The position numbers and the translations under genes are program-made. The notes beneath the pieces were generated by a model, which saw nothing but the letters and a program-made list of their open reading frames with translations, was not told the origin of the DNA and did not search any database. A stretch of DNA of 64,000 nucleotides from a bacterium (GTDB lineage Bacteria > UBA8248): NCBI GenBank assembly GCA_965203325.1, contig OZ241875.1:1664001-1728000 (forward strand). Direction: 5' to 3'. Shown here one piece after another: positions 32,789 to 42,468 of the stretch (positions are counted from its first letter, which is position 1; every line of letters starts with the position of its first letter).

Positions 32789-33562
32789 CTACCACTTCGT
32801 CAGGTGCCACCAGTATATCTCGCCACCGCCCGAGACATAACCGGCGAAAAACGTGACGGTGACCACGTGCCCCAGAATACCGAGAACGAAGGCAAACGCC
32901 AAAACGATGTGGACCACCCGCCAGTACGCCTGCGCGGCAGATACGCCTGCGCGGGTGCCCAGCAACCTGTTCTCCCGGCCGATCAACCGGGCGTAGGCGA
33001 ACGTGAGCGCGGGCCTTGAGAACCAATGCTTGAGTCTGGGGGAAAAGGCGCCCTCGTCCGCTCCCGGATCGAGCCTCGACAATAAAGACTCTTTCTCTTC
33101 GATGAGGCGGGCCAGCCGCTCCCGGTCTTCGGAACCGGGCGGGGAGAAGGATTGCTCCTTCGAGGCGAAGGTGGCCGACATCTGCCTGGATAAGCGGACG
33201 CGCGCCCACACGCCCAGGATCACCAGAAGCAACAAGGCGACGAGTAAAAGAGCGGGCGCATAGCGAAGAAATCCGCCTGAATGGATCGTCACCAGCACGC
33301 CGCCCAGGGTGGCCGTCACGACATGGGCGGAAAACCAGCCGAGAGGAGAGCCGCCGACGCCCGTCCGCTTCGTGATCACGAAGACCAGGGACACGCACAG
33401 GAGGAGCGTCCCCGCGACGCCGAACAGATACAGCGTCGGGGAACCCGGCAGATGCCATTCGCGCGATAATTCGTGCTGGAACGCGAAGAAGGTGACCAGA
33501 ACGACCGCCGCCGCGAAGACGAGATACGCAAGCAGCCTGTCGCCGATATCGAGTCGTCTCAT
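32789..33562 (-). CDS. integral membrane protein, possible di-haem-b (ferric-reductase-like) domain
   Basis: Several TM helices with His pairs WFSAHV...TIHSG and WRVVHI...LGHVV. Confidence 0.7.
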   Translation of the reverse strand: MRRLDIGDRLLAYLVFAAAVVLVTFFAFQHELSREWHLPGSPTLYLFGVAGTLLLCVSLVFVITKRTGVGGSPLGWFSAHVVTATLGGVLVTIHSGGFLRYAPALLLVALLLLVILGVWARVRLSRQMSATFASKEQSFSPPGSEDRERLARLIEEKESLLSRLDPGADEGAFSPRLKHWFSRPALTFAYARLIGRENRLLGTRAGVSAAQAYWRVVHIVLAFAFVLGILGHVVTVTFFAGYVSGGGEIYWWHLTKW

Positions 33563-33567
33563 GAAAA

Positions 33568-34047
33568 TCAGGGAAATTCGATTTTTTCGACGTCCACGAT
33601 CTCGAAATTTCTCACGCCGCCGGGCAACTGAACCGCCACCTCATCGCCCGGTTCTTTCTGCATGAGCCCGCGCGAGAGCGGCGCGCCGAAGGAAATGACT
33701 CCATTGGGGAGGTCGCTTTCCTCCTCACCCAGTATCTCGTAGGTAAGCTCTTCGTTCTTGTCCAGGTCGAAGAGCGTGACTTTTGTGCCAATGGTGACCT
33801 TATCACCCGAGATGGGGAGTTCCTCGATGACGCTCGCCTCGCGGATCTTGTCCATGATCCGGCTCACCTCGTTCTTGAGGTTGCCCTGCAGCTCGATGGC
33901 CGCCTCCCACTCGGCGTTCTCGCTCAGATCGCCCAGGCTCGCCGCCCTGCCGATCTCTTTCGACACCTCATGCTTCAGACGATGCTGAATCTCTTCGACC
34001 TTTTGCCTCAGCCCCTCGAGGCTCGCTTTGGTGATGTAATACGGCAT
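33568..34047 (-). CDS. greA: transcription elongation factor GreA
   Basis: AASLGDLSENAEW, VTIGTKV, ISFGAPLSRGL, PGG. Confidence 0.93.
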   Translation of the reverse strand: MPYYITKASLEGLRQKVEEIQHRLKHEVSKEIGRAASLGDLSENAEWEAAIELQGNLKNEVSRIMDKIREASVIEELPISGDKVTIGTKVTLFDLDKNEELTYEILGEEESDLPNGVISFGAPLSRGLMQKEPGDEVAVQLPGGVRNFEIVDVEKIEFP

Positions 34048-34087
34048 TTCTTCCTCTTCCGGCGTTGAAATAATCGAAAACCGCGCC

Positions 34088-35005
34088 TCAGGCGCCTTCC
34101 GTCATCTTTTCCTTCACCTGCTCGCGAAAGTCGTACCCCGTATCCTCCACGAACGCCTCGATCAGGCGCTTCGTGACCGGCCCCGGAACCGGCGCGCTCG
34201 GCTGGAAACTGTCGATCTCGCGCACGGGCATGGCGCATATCGCGCTCGAGGTGATGAAATACTCCTCCGCCTGCGCGAGGTCGTAGGTCGTCATGTCCCT
34301 TTCCTCGACGGCGATCCCCAGGCGCGCGGCCAGTTCGAACACCGCGATGCGGGTCACCCCCTGCAGGATGTTCCTCTCATGCGGCGTCCAGAGCGCGCCG
34401 TCTTTCACCATGAAGAAATTGGCGACCGAGTTCTCCGCCACGTTCCCGCGAATGTCCAGCATCAGGGACAGGGAACCCGATGCGGCGGCGTCCAGTTCCG
34501 CCAGGATCTGGTTCATCTTGCTCGTCACCTTGGCTCTCGTCTCGATGCACTCGGGCGGATTGCGCCTCGTGGGCGTTATCGCGAGGCGCACGCCGTTCAG
34601 ATACCGCTCCGCGAAAGACGCGACGTTCACGGGCCGCCAGAATATGAACACCGAAGCCGGCCCCGCCGCGCCCGCCGCCATCGAGGGGTCGTCATATCCG
34701 CGCGTCACCCAGTGGCCGACGCGGTACATGGCGCCCGCCTCCAGGCGGCACAGATTCGACTCCAAGGTGGCCAGCGTCGCCTGCTTCATATCCGCCTGAC
34801 TTAATCCTAAATCGATGCGGACATACTTGAGCGAGCGGTAGAGGCGGTCGATATGGTCATCGAGCCGGTAGAGCTTTCCATCGAAACAGGGCGTGACCTC
34901 GTACACCCCGTCGCCCCAGAGAAAGCCGCGATCGAAGGGCGATATCCTGGCGCTTTTCTCTTCCATGATCTCACCGTTGAGATAGACGAATCGCTCACCG
35001 GGCAT
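34088..35005 (-). CDS. class IV aminotransferase (branched-chain / D-amino-acid type)
   Basis: YLNGE, FDRGFLWGDGVYE, HIDRLYRS, ILQGVTR. Confidence 0.9.
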   Translation of the reverse strand: MPGERFVYLNGEIMEEKSARISPFDRGFLWGDGVYEVTPCFDGKLYRLDDHIDRLYRSLKYVRIDLGLSQADMKQATLATLESNLCRLEAGAMYRVGHWVTRGYDDPSMAAGAAGPASVFIFWRPVNVASFAERYLNGVRLAITPTRRNPPECIETRAKVTSKMNQILAELDAAASGSLSLMLDIRGNVAENSVANFFMVKDGALWTPHERNILQGVTRIAVFELAARLGIAVEERDMTTYDLAQAEEYFITSSAICAMPVREIDSFQPSAPVPGPVTKRLIEAFVEDTGYDFREQVKEKMTEGA

Positions 35006-35159
35006 CGGACGCTCCTCCCATGCGCATCAACAAAGAAAGGCCGGCCCGGAAACAGGGCACAGCCGCATAGTGAATGAAACATCATCTTTCTCAGACGCAT
35101 CTTATAAAAGAAAAGCCCAAAGGGCAAAATCGTTCCGGGAAATTCTGCGGCCCGTCTTG

Positions 35160-35451
35160 AAAGGCAACCCCCCTCTCGCATCGGGCGCTGTCGACCCGTA
35201 GGGACAGGCCCCCGTGCCTGTCCATCGTGATGATGTCCGCCTCGACACGGGCGACCACGGGGGGTCGCCCCTACGAAACCCCAAACCCTGCCCCCACCAT
35301 TCCGACATACGCCAGAATGACGAACGATGGCCACGCACGTCCGTAGGGACAGGTCGCGACCTGTCCCTACAAAGTCGATGCGAAAAACAAGAAGCACTCC
35401 CCACATGAGTGTAGGTCGGACATATATGTCCGCCACCCCTGTGGTCGCCCA
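35160..35451. repeat. REP mosaic (GAAAGGCAACCCC unit, GTAG-type REPs, degenerate GTCATTCC unit)
   Basis: gtagggacaggcccccgtgcctgtcc, gggcgaccacgggggg...cccctac, gtagggacaggtcgcgacctgtccctac, gtaggtcggacatatatgtccg. Confidence 0.8.
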
Positions 35452-35457
35452 TAAAAT

Positions 35458-35775
35458 CTAACGAACCGCACGGACTTCGAGCCTGAGCCCCTCGCTTTCC
35501 TGGAGCCGGGCGATGACGTCAAAGAGGTTGCGGGCCTGGGGATTGCCATCGGGCCCGAACATGCGCATGAGGCTCTTGGGTGATTTCCCTGTGAGTGCGC
35601 CCAGGGTCTCGAAGCCGACCGTCGCGTTGATGAAATCGCGCAGGGCCGCCTTGCCGACCTCCACCTCGCCCGAGAGGAGGCATTCGACGCCTTCTTTCAA
35701 TAAATCCTCCCGGAAGGCCGGATCGCGCTGAACCCTTGCCTGAATCGTTTCCCTGAAATCCCGCGTGAGTGGCAT
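35458..35775 (-). CDS. addiction-module antitoxin (HTH)
   Basis: MPLTRDFRETI..RDPAFR..LRDFINATVGF..KSLMRMFGPDGNP; directly downstream of the toxin. Confidence 0.88.
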   Translation of the reverse strand: MPLTRDFRETIQARVQRDPAFREDLLKEGVECLLSGEVEVGKAALRDFINATVGFETLGALTGKSPKSLMRMFGPDGNPQARNLFDVIARLQESEGLRLEVRAVR

Positions 35776-35777
35776 GG

Positions 35778-36107
35778 TTAGTTCTCCTCGTGTATGCGGT
35801 ATCTGTATTCCCGCCAAAGACTGCGGGCCAATTCGATGTCGACTTGCTGGCGGCTTTTGGTTCCTCCTCCCAGGAGAATGATGAGGGTATCCCCATCTTT
35901 TCCGAAATAGATCCGGTAGCCGGGGCCGAAGTTGATTCTGTATTCGAACACGCCGCCGCCTACGCCCTTGGTGTTCGAGAGATTTCCCTGCGCCATCCGA
36001 ACAGTCGCCATTGCGACCTTGGCTGCAGCCTGGGCATTCAGCCGATTGAACCATCTCGCGTATGGGCTGCGGCCAACGGTGTCGATGTACTCTCTTACCT
36101 CGATCAT
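35778..36107 (-). CDS. RelE/ParE-superfamily toxin (HigB-like addiction-module killer)
   Basis: GRSPYARWF, GNLSNTKGVGGGVFEYRINFGPGYRIYF, ILLGGGTK. Confidence 0.92.
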   Translation of the reverse strand: MIEVREYIDTVGRSPYARWFNRLNAQAAAKVAMATVRMAQGNLSNTKGVGGGVFEYRINFGPGYRIYFGKDGDTLIILLGGGTKSRQQVDIELARSLWREYRYRIHEEN

Positions 36108-36113
36108 TCAATA

Positions 36114-36142
36114 AAGGTAACTTAAATGTTACTATTTGTCAA
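36114..36142 (-). promoter_or_regulatory. sigma70 promoter of the TA operon with operator palindrome
   Basis: TTGACA-17 nt-TACCTT on the minus strand; GTAAC-N6-GTTAC dyad at 36117-36132. Confidence 0.7.
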
Positions 36143-36401
36143 CTCATCTTATCGAGATGACCCACTGTCGTCATGCCGGCGGGGTACCACCTGAATTGTA
36201 GAGGACGGTTCCGTGTTTTGCCGATAAAAGGCAGGGCCGCATATATGCGGCCCCTACAATCAATTCCACCCGGTGAGGGAGGGACGGAGCCTTCCCCAAC
36301 ACCCCCTTGTCACGCGTCCTGTTCTCGGATTAAATACGGTGGCGACTGCAATCGACGAAAAGACTCACAAAAAAACCCTTTTGAAGCGGAAGGAGGCGGC
36401 G

Positions 36402-37280
36402 ATGCGATTCGGGCGCGGGGTATGCCCCAAGGCGGTGAAGCTGGCCGTTTTGTTTATCGGGATTGGATTTGTTTTTGCTTCGAATTCCTTTGGAACTGTG
36501 GAGCTGATTAAATGTAGTAGCAGCTACACGTTGGATAAATATAAACAGACAAAGAAAAAAATAAACGAAAAACTTTTTTATGTATACAACTTAGGCATTA
36601 TTTCCTTATGTCTTGGAAAAGAAGCGGAAGGCATGGCTCATCTCCAAAGAGCCTCTGATTCAGGTCATATTGCCGCCACGCATCTGTTGGGTCTTTATTT
36701 CATGGCGAACCGGTCTTTTAACAGGGCGGAAAGAGGTCGCATTGGTAATCCGGAAGACTATAATTCGGCTGTTCACTATTATGAAAAAGCGGCGCGGATG
36801 ATAGAGGAAACGGTTAACTACCCTGTAGGTGATCCAACGGGTATGGAGGAACTTGAGTATAATGTTTATACTAGCTATTACGTGTTCGCCACCATTCCCG
36901 AGCTTTATTTCAATGGATATAACAAGGCTTTAGAGGATATCGTGAACAGCCGGGAGAGGCTGTCCTATGTCGATACGCTCGACGTTTTGGGGAAAATGCG
37001 GCGTTCCGCCGAACGCTGTGTGCAAAGACCCTCTCTTGCCGGTTGGTATGACAAAAAAGAGACGCTTTACCAGGTTCAGCAGGTGCGGTGCCGGGCCTAT
37101 CTGGATTACGCCCGCTCGGTCTCGCCTTTGGAGGAGCGAAGAATCAAGGCGACTCAAAGTTGTACAGGACCTCTAAGCGGGTGTTCGAGCCATCGGGAAA
37201 TTTTGAATCAGATCAATCGAATCAAATCCATGATGGATGGAGCGATACACTCGATTCCTGCGAAGTACCTGGAAAGATAG
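36402..37280 (+). CDS. AT-rich exported protein with Sel1/TPR-like segment
   Basis: AAGGAGG RBS; signal-peptide-like N-terminus; YNLG...HLQRASDSGHIAATHLLG and AVHYYEKAA; several Cys. Confidence 0.7.
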   Translation: MRFGRGVCPKAVKLAVLFIGIGFVFASNSFGTVELIKCSSSYTLDKYKQTKKKINEKLFYVYNLGIISLCLGKEAEGMAHLQRASDSGHIAATHLLGLYFMANRSFNRAERGRIGNPEDYNSAVHYYEKAARMIEETVNYPVGDPTGMEELEYNVYTSYYVFATIPELYFNGYNKALEDIVNSRERLSYVDTLDVLGKMRRSAERCVQRPSLAGWYDKKETLYQVQQVRCRAYLDYARSVSPLEERRIKATQSCTGPLSGCSSHREILNQINRIKSMMDGAIHSIPAKYLER

Positions 37281-37342
37281 AATGTTTTCGGCGATTACCG
37301 GATAAGCCGGGAACGCCGGAAAAGAACCCCTGCCTGAAAGAC

Positions 37343-37829
37343 GGGCGGACACGCCGTCAGACATATATGTCTGACCCCTACGATCCGAAAACCGCAAACC
37401 CTGCCCCCGTCATTCCGGCCTTGAGCCGGAATCCATTTTATGATTTTTGCTTTCGTTTTCGCATTTGATTCCGACTCGCGGGAGGAAGCGGCGCGCCCGA
37501 ATCAGGGACGGATGAGGTGGATATATATGGCGGCGTCCGCTTCTTCCCGGCCGGGAGAGAGGACGTCCGGGCGAAAGGCCAAAGGCAAAGGCGAAAATGG
37601 ATTCCGGCTTTCGCCGGAATGACGAACGAAACCCCACCGCCTCACCCTGAGTAGCGGCGAAGCCGCGTATCGAAGGGCCTGCATGATACGCCCTTTTTGA
37701 CCTTCCCATCCTTCGATACGGCGCTGACGCGCCTACTCAGGATGAGGGGTGTTGGGGAACTTCACCGCTACACAGGACGAGGGAGATAAAACAAAGCCCC
37801 CTGACGAGGGAGACTTTTCCAACAACCCC
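37343..37829. repeat. REP/MITE mosaic: GTAG REP, long GTCATTCC element (37408-37624), CTCACCCTGAG...CGAAGG doublet (~37640-37747), 84-bp IS1182-like-ended mini-element (37746-37829)
   Basis: Inverted ends read directly; 37408-37624 is an inverted homologue of 54436-54649. Confidence 0.8.
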
Positions 37830-37846
37830 GAACAGGCTGAACCCGC

Positions 37847-39439
37847 TCAATCCTTCTTGCCCCAGCCGCCGCCGCCGGGCGTTTCCAGGCGTATCCTGTC
37901 CCCGCGCTTCGCCGAGAGACGCGCCTTGCCGGGAAATTCCCGTGTTTCATCCGCCTTGATGAGCGAATTCCTGCCCTTCATGCCGGGTTCGCCGCCATTG
38001 AGCGGCCAGGGAGGCTTCTGGCGCCGCTCCGTCATGAACGAGACGGTGGCGTCGCCCAGGAGTTCGATCTCCCGGATGATGCCGTCACCGCCGCGATGCT
38101 TCCCCCCGCCGCCGCTGCCCCGGCGGACGGTGTAGCGGCTCACGCGGAACGGATAGGCGTGCTCCAAAGCTTCTATCGGGGTGTTCAGGGTGTTGGTGAG
38201 GTGGGTGTGGATGGCGTCTTCCCCGTCGCCCCAGGGGCCGCCGCCCATGCCGCCGCCCGTGGTCTCATAGTAGGCGTAGGGGCGGCCCTGCCTGGGGCCT
38301 GCGCGGTGGTCCAGCCCCCCCACCGTCAAGTTGTTCATCGTGCCGCACGAGGCGGCGGGTATCTTGCCGGGACAGGCCTTGGCGAGGGCGCCGAGTATCA
38401 CGTCCACCATTCTCTGGCTCGTCTCCACGTTCCCGCCCGCGACGGCGGCAGGGAACTCGGCATTCACCACGGTTCCAGGGGGCGCCACCACCTCGATGGG
38501 GTCCATGCAGCCCGAGTTGTTCGGTATGTCGTAGGGCACCAGACAGCGCAGGGCGTAATAGGCCGCCGTGCGCGCGATGGACTCCACCGCGTTCACGCTG
38601 CCCTGCGTCTGCGGAGCGGAGCCGGTGTAATCGACGCGCATCTTCGAGCCGCGCACCGTGATCTCCACCCGTATCGGAACAGGGCCGCTGCCGAAGCCGT
38701 CGTCGTCCATATAATCCTCGAAGCGGTAGCGCCCGTCGGGAATGTCGCGTATCACGGCCTTGGTCAGCCGCTCGGAGTATCTCTGCAGCTCGGCCGTGTA
38801 GCGCAGCGTCTCAGCGAGGCCGTGACGCTCGATGATCTCCAATATCCGCCGCTCCCCCACGCGGTTCGCCGCGATCTGCGCCGCGATGTCTCCCCTGCGC
38901 TCCTCGGCCGTACGCACGTTCGCGAGGATGAGCGCGAACACGTCTTCCTGCATCTCTCCTTCGCGCACGAGCTTCACCGGCGGAATCACCACGCCGTCCT
39001 GGAATATCTCCGTCGTGATGCTCATCGAGCCGGGCGCGATGCCGCCCACGTCCGCATGATGCGCCCGGTTGGCGACGTAGTAGATGAGTTTTTCCCGCCC
39101 CCGTTCCGTGCCGTATACGGGCGAGATCATCGTGATGTCGGGCAGGTGGTTCCCCCCGTGGAAGGGGTCGTTCAGCACGACCACGTCGCCCGGCTCCAGC
39201 GTCATGCGCTCGATGACGTACTCCACCGACATCGGCATGGAGCCTAGGTGGGCGGGCAGATGCGCCGCCTGCGCCGCCATCCGGCCCGCCGCGTCGAAGA
39301 CGGCGCACGAATAATCCTTGCGCTCCTTGATGTTCGGGGAGAACGAGGAGCGGCAAAGCGCCACGCCCATCTCTTCCGAGGCCGCGAACAACAGGTTGCG
39401 GAAAACCTCCAGGAGTATCGGATCGTACCTGTTCGCCAT
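37847..39439 (-). CDS. hydantoinase B / 5-oxoprolinase subunit
   Basis: SSFSPNIKERKDYSCA, PAHLGSM, NDPFHGGNHLPD, ANRAHHADVGG, ETPGGGGWG. Confidence 0.95.
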   Translation of the reverse strand: MANRYDPILLEVFRNLLFAASEEMGVALCRSSFSPNIKERKDYSCAVFDAAGRMAAQAAHLPAHLGSMPMSVEYVIERMTLEPGDVVVLNDPFHGGNHLPDITMISPVYGTERGREKLIYYVANRAHHADVGGIAPGSMSITTEIFQDGVVIPPVKLVREGEMQEDVFALILANVRTAEERRGDIAAQIAANRVGERRILEIIERHGLAETLRYTAELQRYSERLTKAVIRDIPDGRYRFEDYMDDDGFGSGPVPIRVEITVRGSKMRVDYTGSAPQTQGSVNAVESIARTAAYYALRCLVPYDIPNNSGCMDPIEVVAPPGTVVNAEFPAAVAGGNVETSQRMVDVILGALAKACPGKIPAASCGTMNNLTVGGLDHRAGPRQGRPYAYYETTGGGMGGGPWGDGEDAIHTHLTNTLNTPIEALEHAYPFRVSRYTVRRGSGGGGKHRGGDGIIREIELLGDATVSFMTERRQKPPWPLNGGEPGMKGRNSLIKADETREFPGKARLSAKRGDRIRLETPGGGGWGKKD

Positions 39440-39448
39440 CGCGTCCTC

Positions 39449-41467
39449 TCAGCCCGAGTTTTTCAAGACGAGATTGCCCCACTCGTCCACCCGGCATTCC
39501 CAGCCCGGGGGGACGACCGTCGTGGCGCTGAACTCGCACACCAGCGCCGGGCCTTTGAAGCGGTTCCCGCGAGAAAACTTGTCCCGCGCATAGGCGGAAC
39601 CCTCGACTTGTTTTCCTTCGAACACCATTTTCCGACTCCCCATGAGCGCACCGGAAACATCCTTGCGAGATTTCGGAAGCCGCCTCGCGGGCGGACGCTC
39701 CACTTCGCCTGTGCCCCGGACCCTCAGCGTCACGACCTCGATGGCACTCTCGGGGCTTGCGGTGCCGAAGCGCTCATCGTGCAACGCATCGAACGCGGCC
39801 CGGAGGCTCTTGCGGAGGTCCACGCCCGTCTCGGGCCGGTAGGGAAGCGTCAATTCATACGACTGCCCGAGATAGCGCATGTCGATGAAAAGCGAAAAGG
39901 CAGGCTTCGCGAATCCCTCGAACTTGAGATCCTCGCGCCCTTTTTGCAGCAGAGGCGAAAAATGACTGGCGAGCGTTTTCTTGTTCAAGCCCTGGAGCGG
40001 CAGCAATACCGTCCGGGCGTAGTCCTTCACCACGTCGGCCGTCAGCATGCCGCGTGCGGAGAGAATTCCCGGGTCATTCGGGACGACGACGCCCGGAATC
40101 CCCAGAATCTCCGCCAGGGAGCAGGCGTGCATCGCACCCGCGCCGCCGAAGGAGATGAGGGCGAATTTGCGCGGGTCGTGGCCCCGCTCCACGCTGATCA
40201 GGCGGATCGCGCGCGCCATGTGCTGGTTGGCGACGCGGACCACGCCCTCGGCCGCCTGCCGGTCGTCGAGCCCCAGGGACTTCGCCAGACGCGCGACCCC
40301 GGCTTTCACCGGCGCCATGTCGAGCGCCATCCGGCCGCCCAGGAATTGTTCGGGATCGAGGCGGCCCAGGAACAGGTTCGCGTCCGTGACGGTGACCTGA
40401 TCCCCCTTGCCGTAGCATATCGGCCCCGGATCGGCGCCCGCGCTCTGCGGGCCGACGGCCAGTGCGCCCCCCGGATCCACCCGTGCGATGGAGCCGCCGC
40501 CCGCGCCCACCGTATGGATGTCGATGAGGGGAACCCGGATCGGGCAGCCGGCCACCTCGGTCTCCGCCGTGAAGCCGACCCCGCCGTGCAGCAGGGAGAC
40601 GTCCGTACTCGTGCCGCCCATGTCGAACGCGATCGCGTTATCGAACCCCGCCCGTTTCGCCACCTCATAGGCGCCCACGACGCCGCCGGCGGGGCCGGAA
40701 AGAATCGTCCGGATGGCCTCCTCGCCCGCCATGGAGCTTGAGATGACGCCGCCGTTGCTCTGCATGACCCGCAAGCGGCCCGAATCGAGCCGCGATTCCA
40801 AATCCTTCAAGTACCGATTCATCATGGGCGATACATAGGCGTTCACGCACGTGGTGCTCATCCGCTCGTACTCCCGGAACTCGGGCAGCACCTGGCTGGA
40901 CATCGACACGTGAATGCCGCTCCGCCGGACCGCGTCCGCCACCTTCTGCTCATGAGCGGGGTTCGCGTAAGCGTGCAGCAGGCAGATGGCGACGGACTCG
41001 ACGCCCGCTTCTTTAAGTTTTCCTCTCAGCGCTCTCAAGTCCGATGCCTTCAGGCGCAGGAGTTCGCCGCCTTTTTCATCGAGGCGCTCCGCCACGCCCA
41101 ATCTCAAGTCTCTCGGCACGAGCGCCGGCGGCTTGCGGTACGCGAGGTTGTAGAGTTCTTTGCGGTTCTGGCGGCCGATCTCGATCAGGTCCTCGAAACC
41201 GGCCGTCGTGACGAGGGCGGTCCTGGCGCCCCGGCGGGTGAGGAGGGCGTTCGTCGCCACGGTGGAGCCGTGGGTGATGTCCAGGGCGAGGCCGCGGCCA
41301 TCCAGTATCTCATCCAGCCCCTGCAGGATGGCGCGCTCGGGCGCATCGGGCGTGGAGGGCACCTTGTGGACGCGCACGCGGGCGCCGTCGAACGAGATGA
41401 AATCCGTAAAGGTTCCGCCCGTGTCGACGCCGATCCGGAGCGTCTTTCTCGCGCGCCCCGGCATCAC
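39449..41467 (-). CDS. hydantoinase A / 5-oxoprolinase ATP-binding subunit
   Basis: GVDTGGTFTD, HGSTVATNA, SGPAGG, DMGGTSTD, GAGGGSIA, FGGAG. Confidence 0.95.
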   Translation of the reverse strand: MMPGRARKTLRIGVDTGGTFTDFISFDGARVRVHKVPSTPDAPERAILQGLDEILDGRGLALDITHGSTVATNALLTRRGARTALVTTAGFEDLIEIGRQNRKELYNLAYRKPPALVPRDLRLGVAERLDEKGGELLRLKASDLRALRGKLKEAGVESVAICLLHAYANPAHEQKVADAVRRSGIHVSMSSQVLPEFREYERMSTTCVNAYVSPMMNRYLKDLESRLDSGRLRVMQSNGGVISSSMAGEEAIRTILSGPAGGVVGAYEVAKRAGFDNAIAFDMGGTSTDVSLLHGGVGFTAETEVAGCPIRVPLIDIHTVGAGGGSIARVDPGGALAVGPQSAGADPGPICYGKGDQVTVTDANLFLGRLDPEQFLGGRMALDMAPVKAGVARLAKSLGLDDRQAAEGVVRVANQHMARAIRLISVERGHDPRKFALISFGGAGAMHACSLAEILGIPGVVVPNDPGILSARGMLTADVVKDYARTVLLPLQGLNKKTLASHFSPLLQKGREDLKFEGFAKPAFSLFIDMRYLGQSYELTLPYRPETGVDLRKSLRAAFDALHDERFGTASPESAIEVVTLRVRGTGEVERPPARRLPKSRKDVSGALMGSRKMVFEGKQVEGSAYARDKFSRGNRFKGPALVCEFSATTVVPPGWECRVDEWGNLVLKNSG

Positions 41468-42468
41468 CGCCTCCTGTTCGGCCAGGCTTCTGGGTTCAGC
41501 AGATCGGGGGGACGCCCCCCGCGCAGGTAGGCCTTCACGTTTCTCTCCACACGCTCCGAGACCGCGTCCCGGCCCAGATCAGTATTCGTCCCCAGGTGCG
41601 GCATCATGACGACGTTCTTCATCCTGAGAAGCCCCGGGTGCGGCCTGGGTTCATCCTCGAACACGTCCAGCCCAGCACCGCCTAAGCGGCCCGAGCGGAG
41701 CGCGGCGACAAGGGCCTTCTCGTCCAGAATGGGGCCGCGGGCGGTGTTGATGACCACGGCCCCCTCTTTCATCCGGGCGAACTCCTCAGCACCCAGAAGA
41801 TGGCGGGTCTCATCGTTCAGGGCCAGGTGCACGCTCAGGAAATCGGATTCGCGCAAAAGCCCCCCGAAAGCGCGGTAGGAGACGCCCGTCTCCTGCTCCA
41901 TTTCGCGGCTTTTCCTGTTCCGGCTCCAGTAGCGGACCTTCATGCCGAACGCGTTCGCCATGCGCGCCACGGCGCAGCCGATGCGCCCGAGACCCACGAT
42001 ACCGAGCACCCGGCCGTTCAGGCCCCGGCCCTCGAGCAGTGTGGGCGTCCAGCCCTTCCACCGCCCGGTTCTGATATACGAATCCGCCTCCGCCACGCGC
42101 CTGCTCACCGCGAGCAGGAGCGCCATGGCGCATTCCGCCGTGGGTTCCGTGACGACGCCGGGCGTGTTCGTGGCCAGGATTCCCCGCCTGGTGATCTCCC
42201 CCAAATCGAGATTGTTGAAGCCGACCCCGCAGTTGGCGATTAGCTTGAGGCGGGGCGCGGCATCCAGGAACCCGGCGTCTATCTCGTCTCCCACCATCGA
42301 GATGAGGACGTCCGCACCGCGCACGGCGCGTCTGTAGCCGGCGGGAGACGGCTTCACGTCTCTCCCGTGCATGATGAATTCGGTGGAGCGTTTCAGGTCC
42401 TCGAAATGATGCGGCGGGAATCTTCGGGAGAGGAATACGCGCGGGAGCGCCTTGCCGTTCATCTTCAC
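41464..42468 (-). CDS. D-2-hydroxyacid dehydrogenase (glyoxylate / hydroxypyruvate reductase-like)
   Basis: GVGFNN, TNTPGV, GIVGLGRIG, INTARG, AGLDVFEDEP, PHLG. Confidence 0.92.
   Translation of the reverse strand: MKMNGKALPRVFLSRRFPPHHFEDLKRSTEFIMHGRDVKPSPAGYRRAVRGADVLISMVGDEIDAGFLDAAPRLKLIANCGVGFNNLDLGEITRRGILATNTPGVVTEPTAECAMALLLAVSRRVAEADSYIRTGRWKGWTPTLLEGRGLNGRVLGIVGLGRIGCAVARMANAFGMKVRYWSRNRKSREMEQETGVSYRAFGGLLRESDFLSVHLALNDETRHLLGAEEFARMKEGAVVINTARGPILDEKALVAALRSGRLGGAGLDVFEDEPRPHPGLLRMKNVVMMPHLGTNTDLGRDAVSERVERNVKAYLRGGRPPDLLNPEAWPNRRR

Noticed and set aside
35458..36111. 217-aa ORF spanning the TA module
   Set aside because: Only the C-terminal 105 aa from ATG 35775 are the antitoxin; the rest overlaps the toxin in another frame
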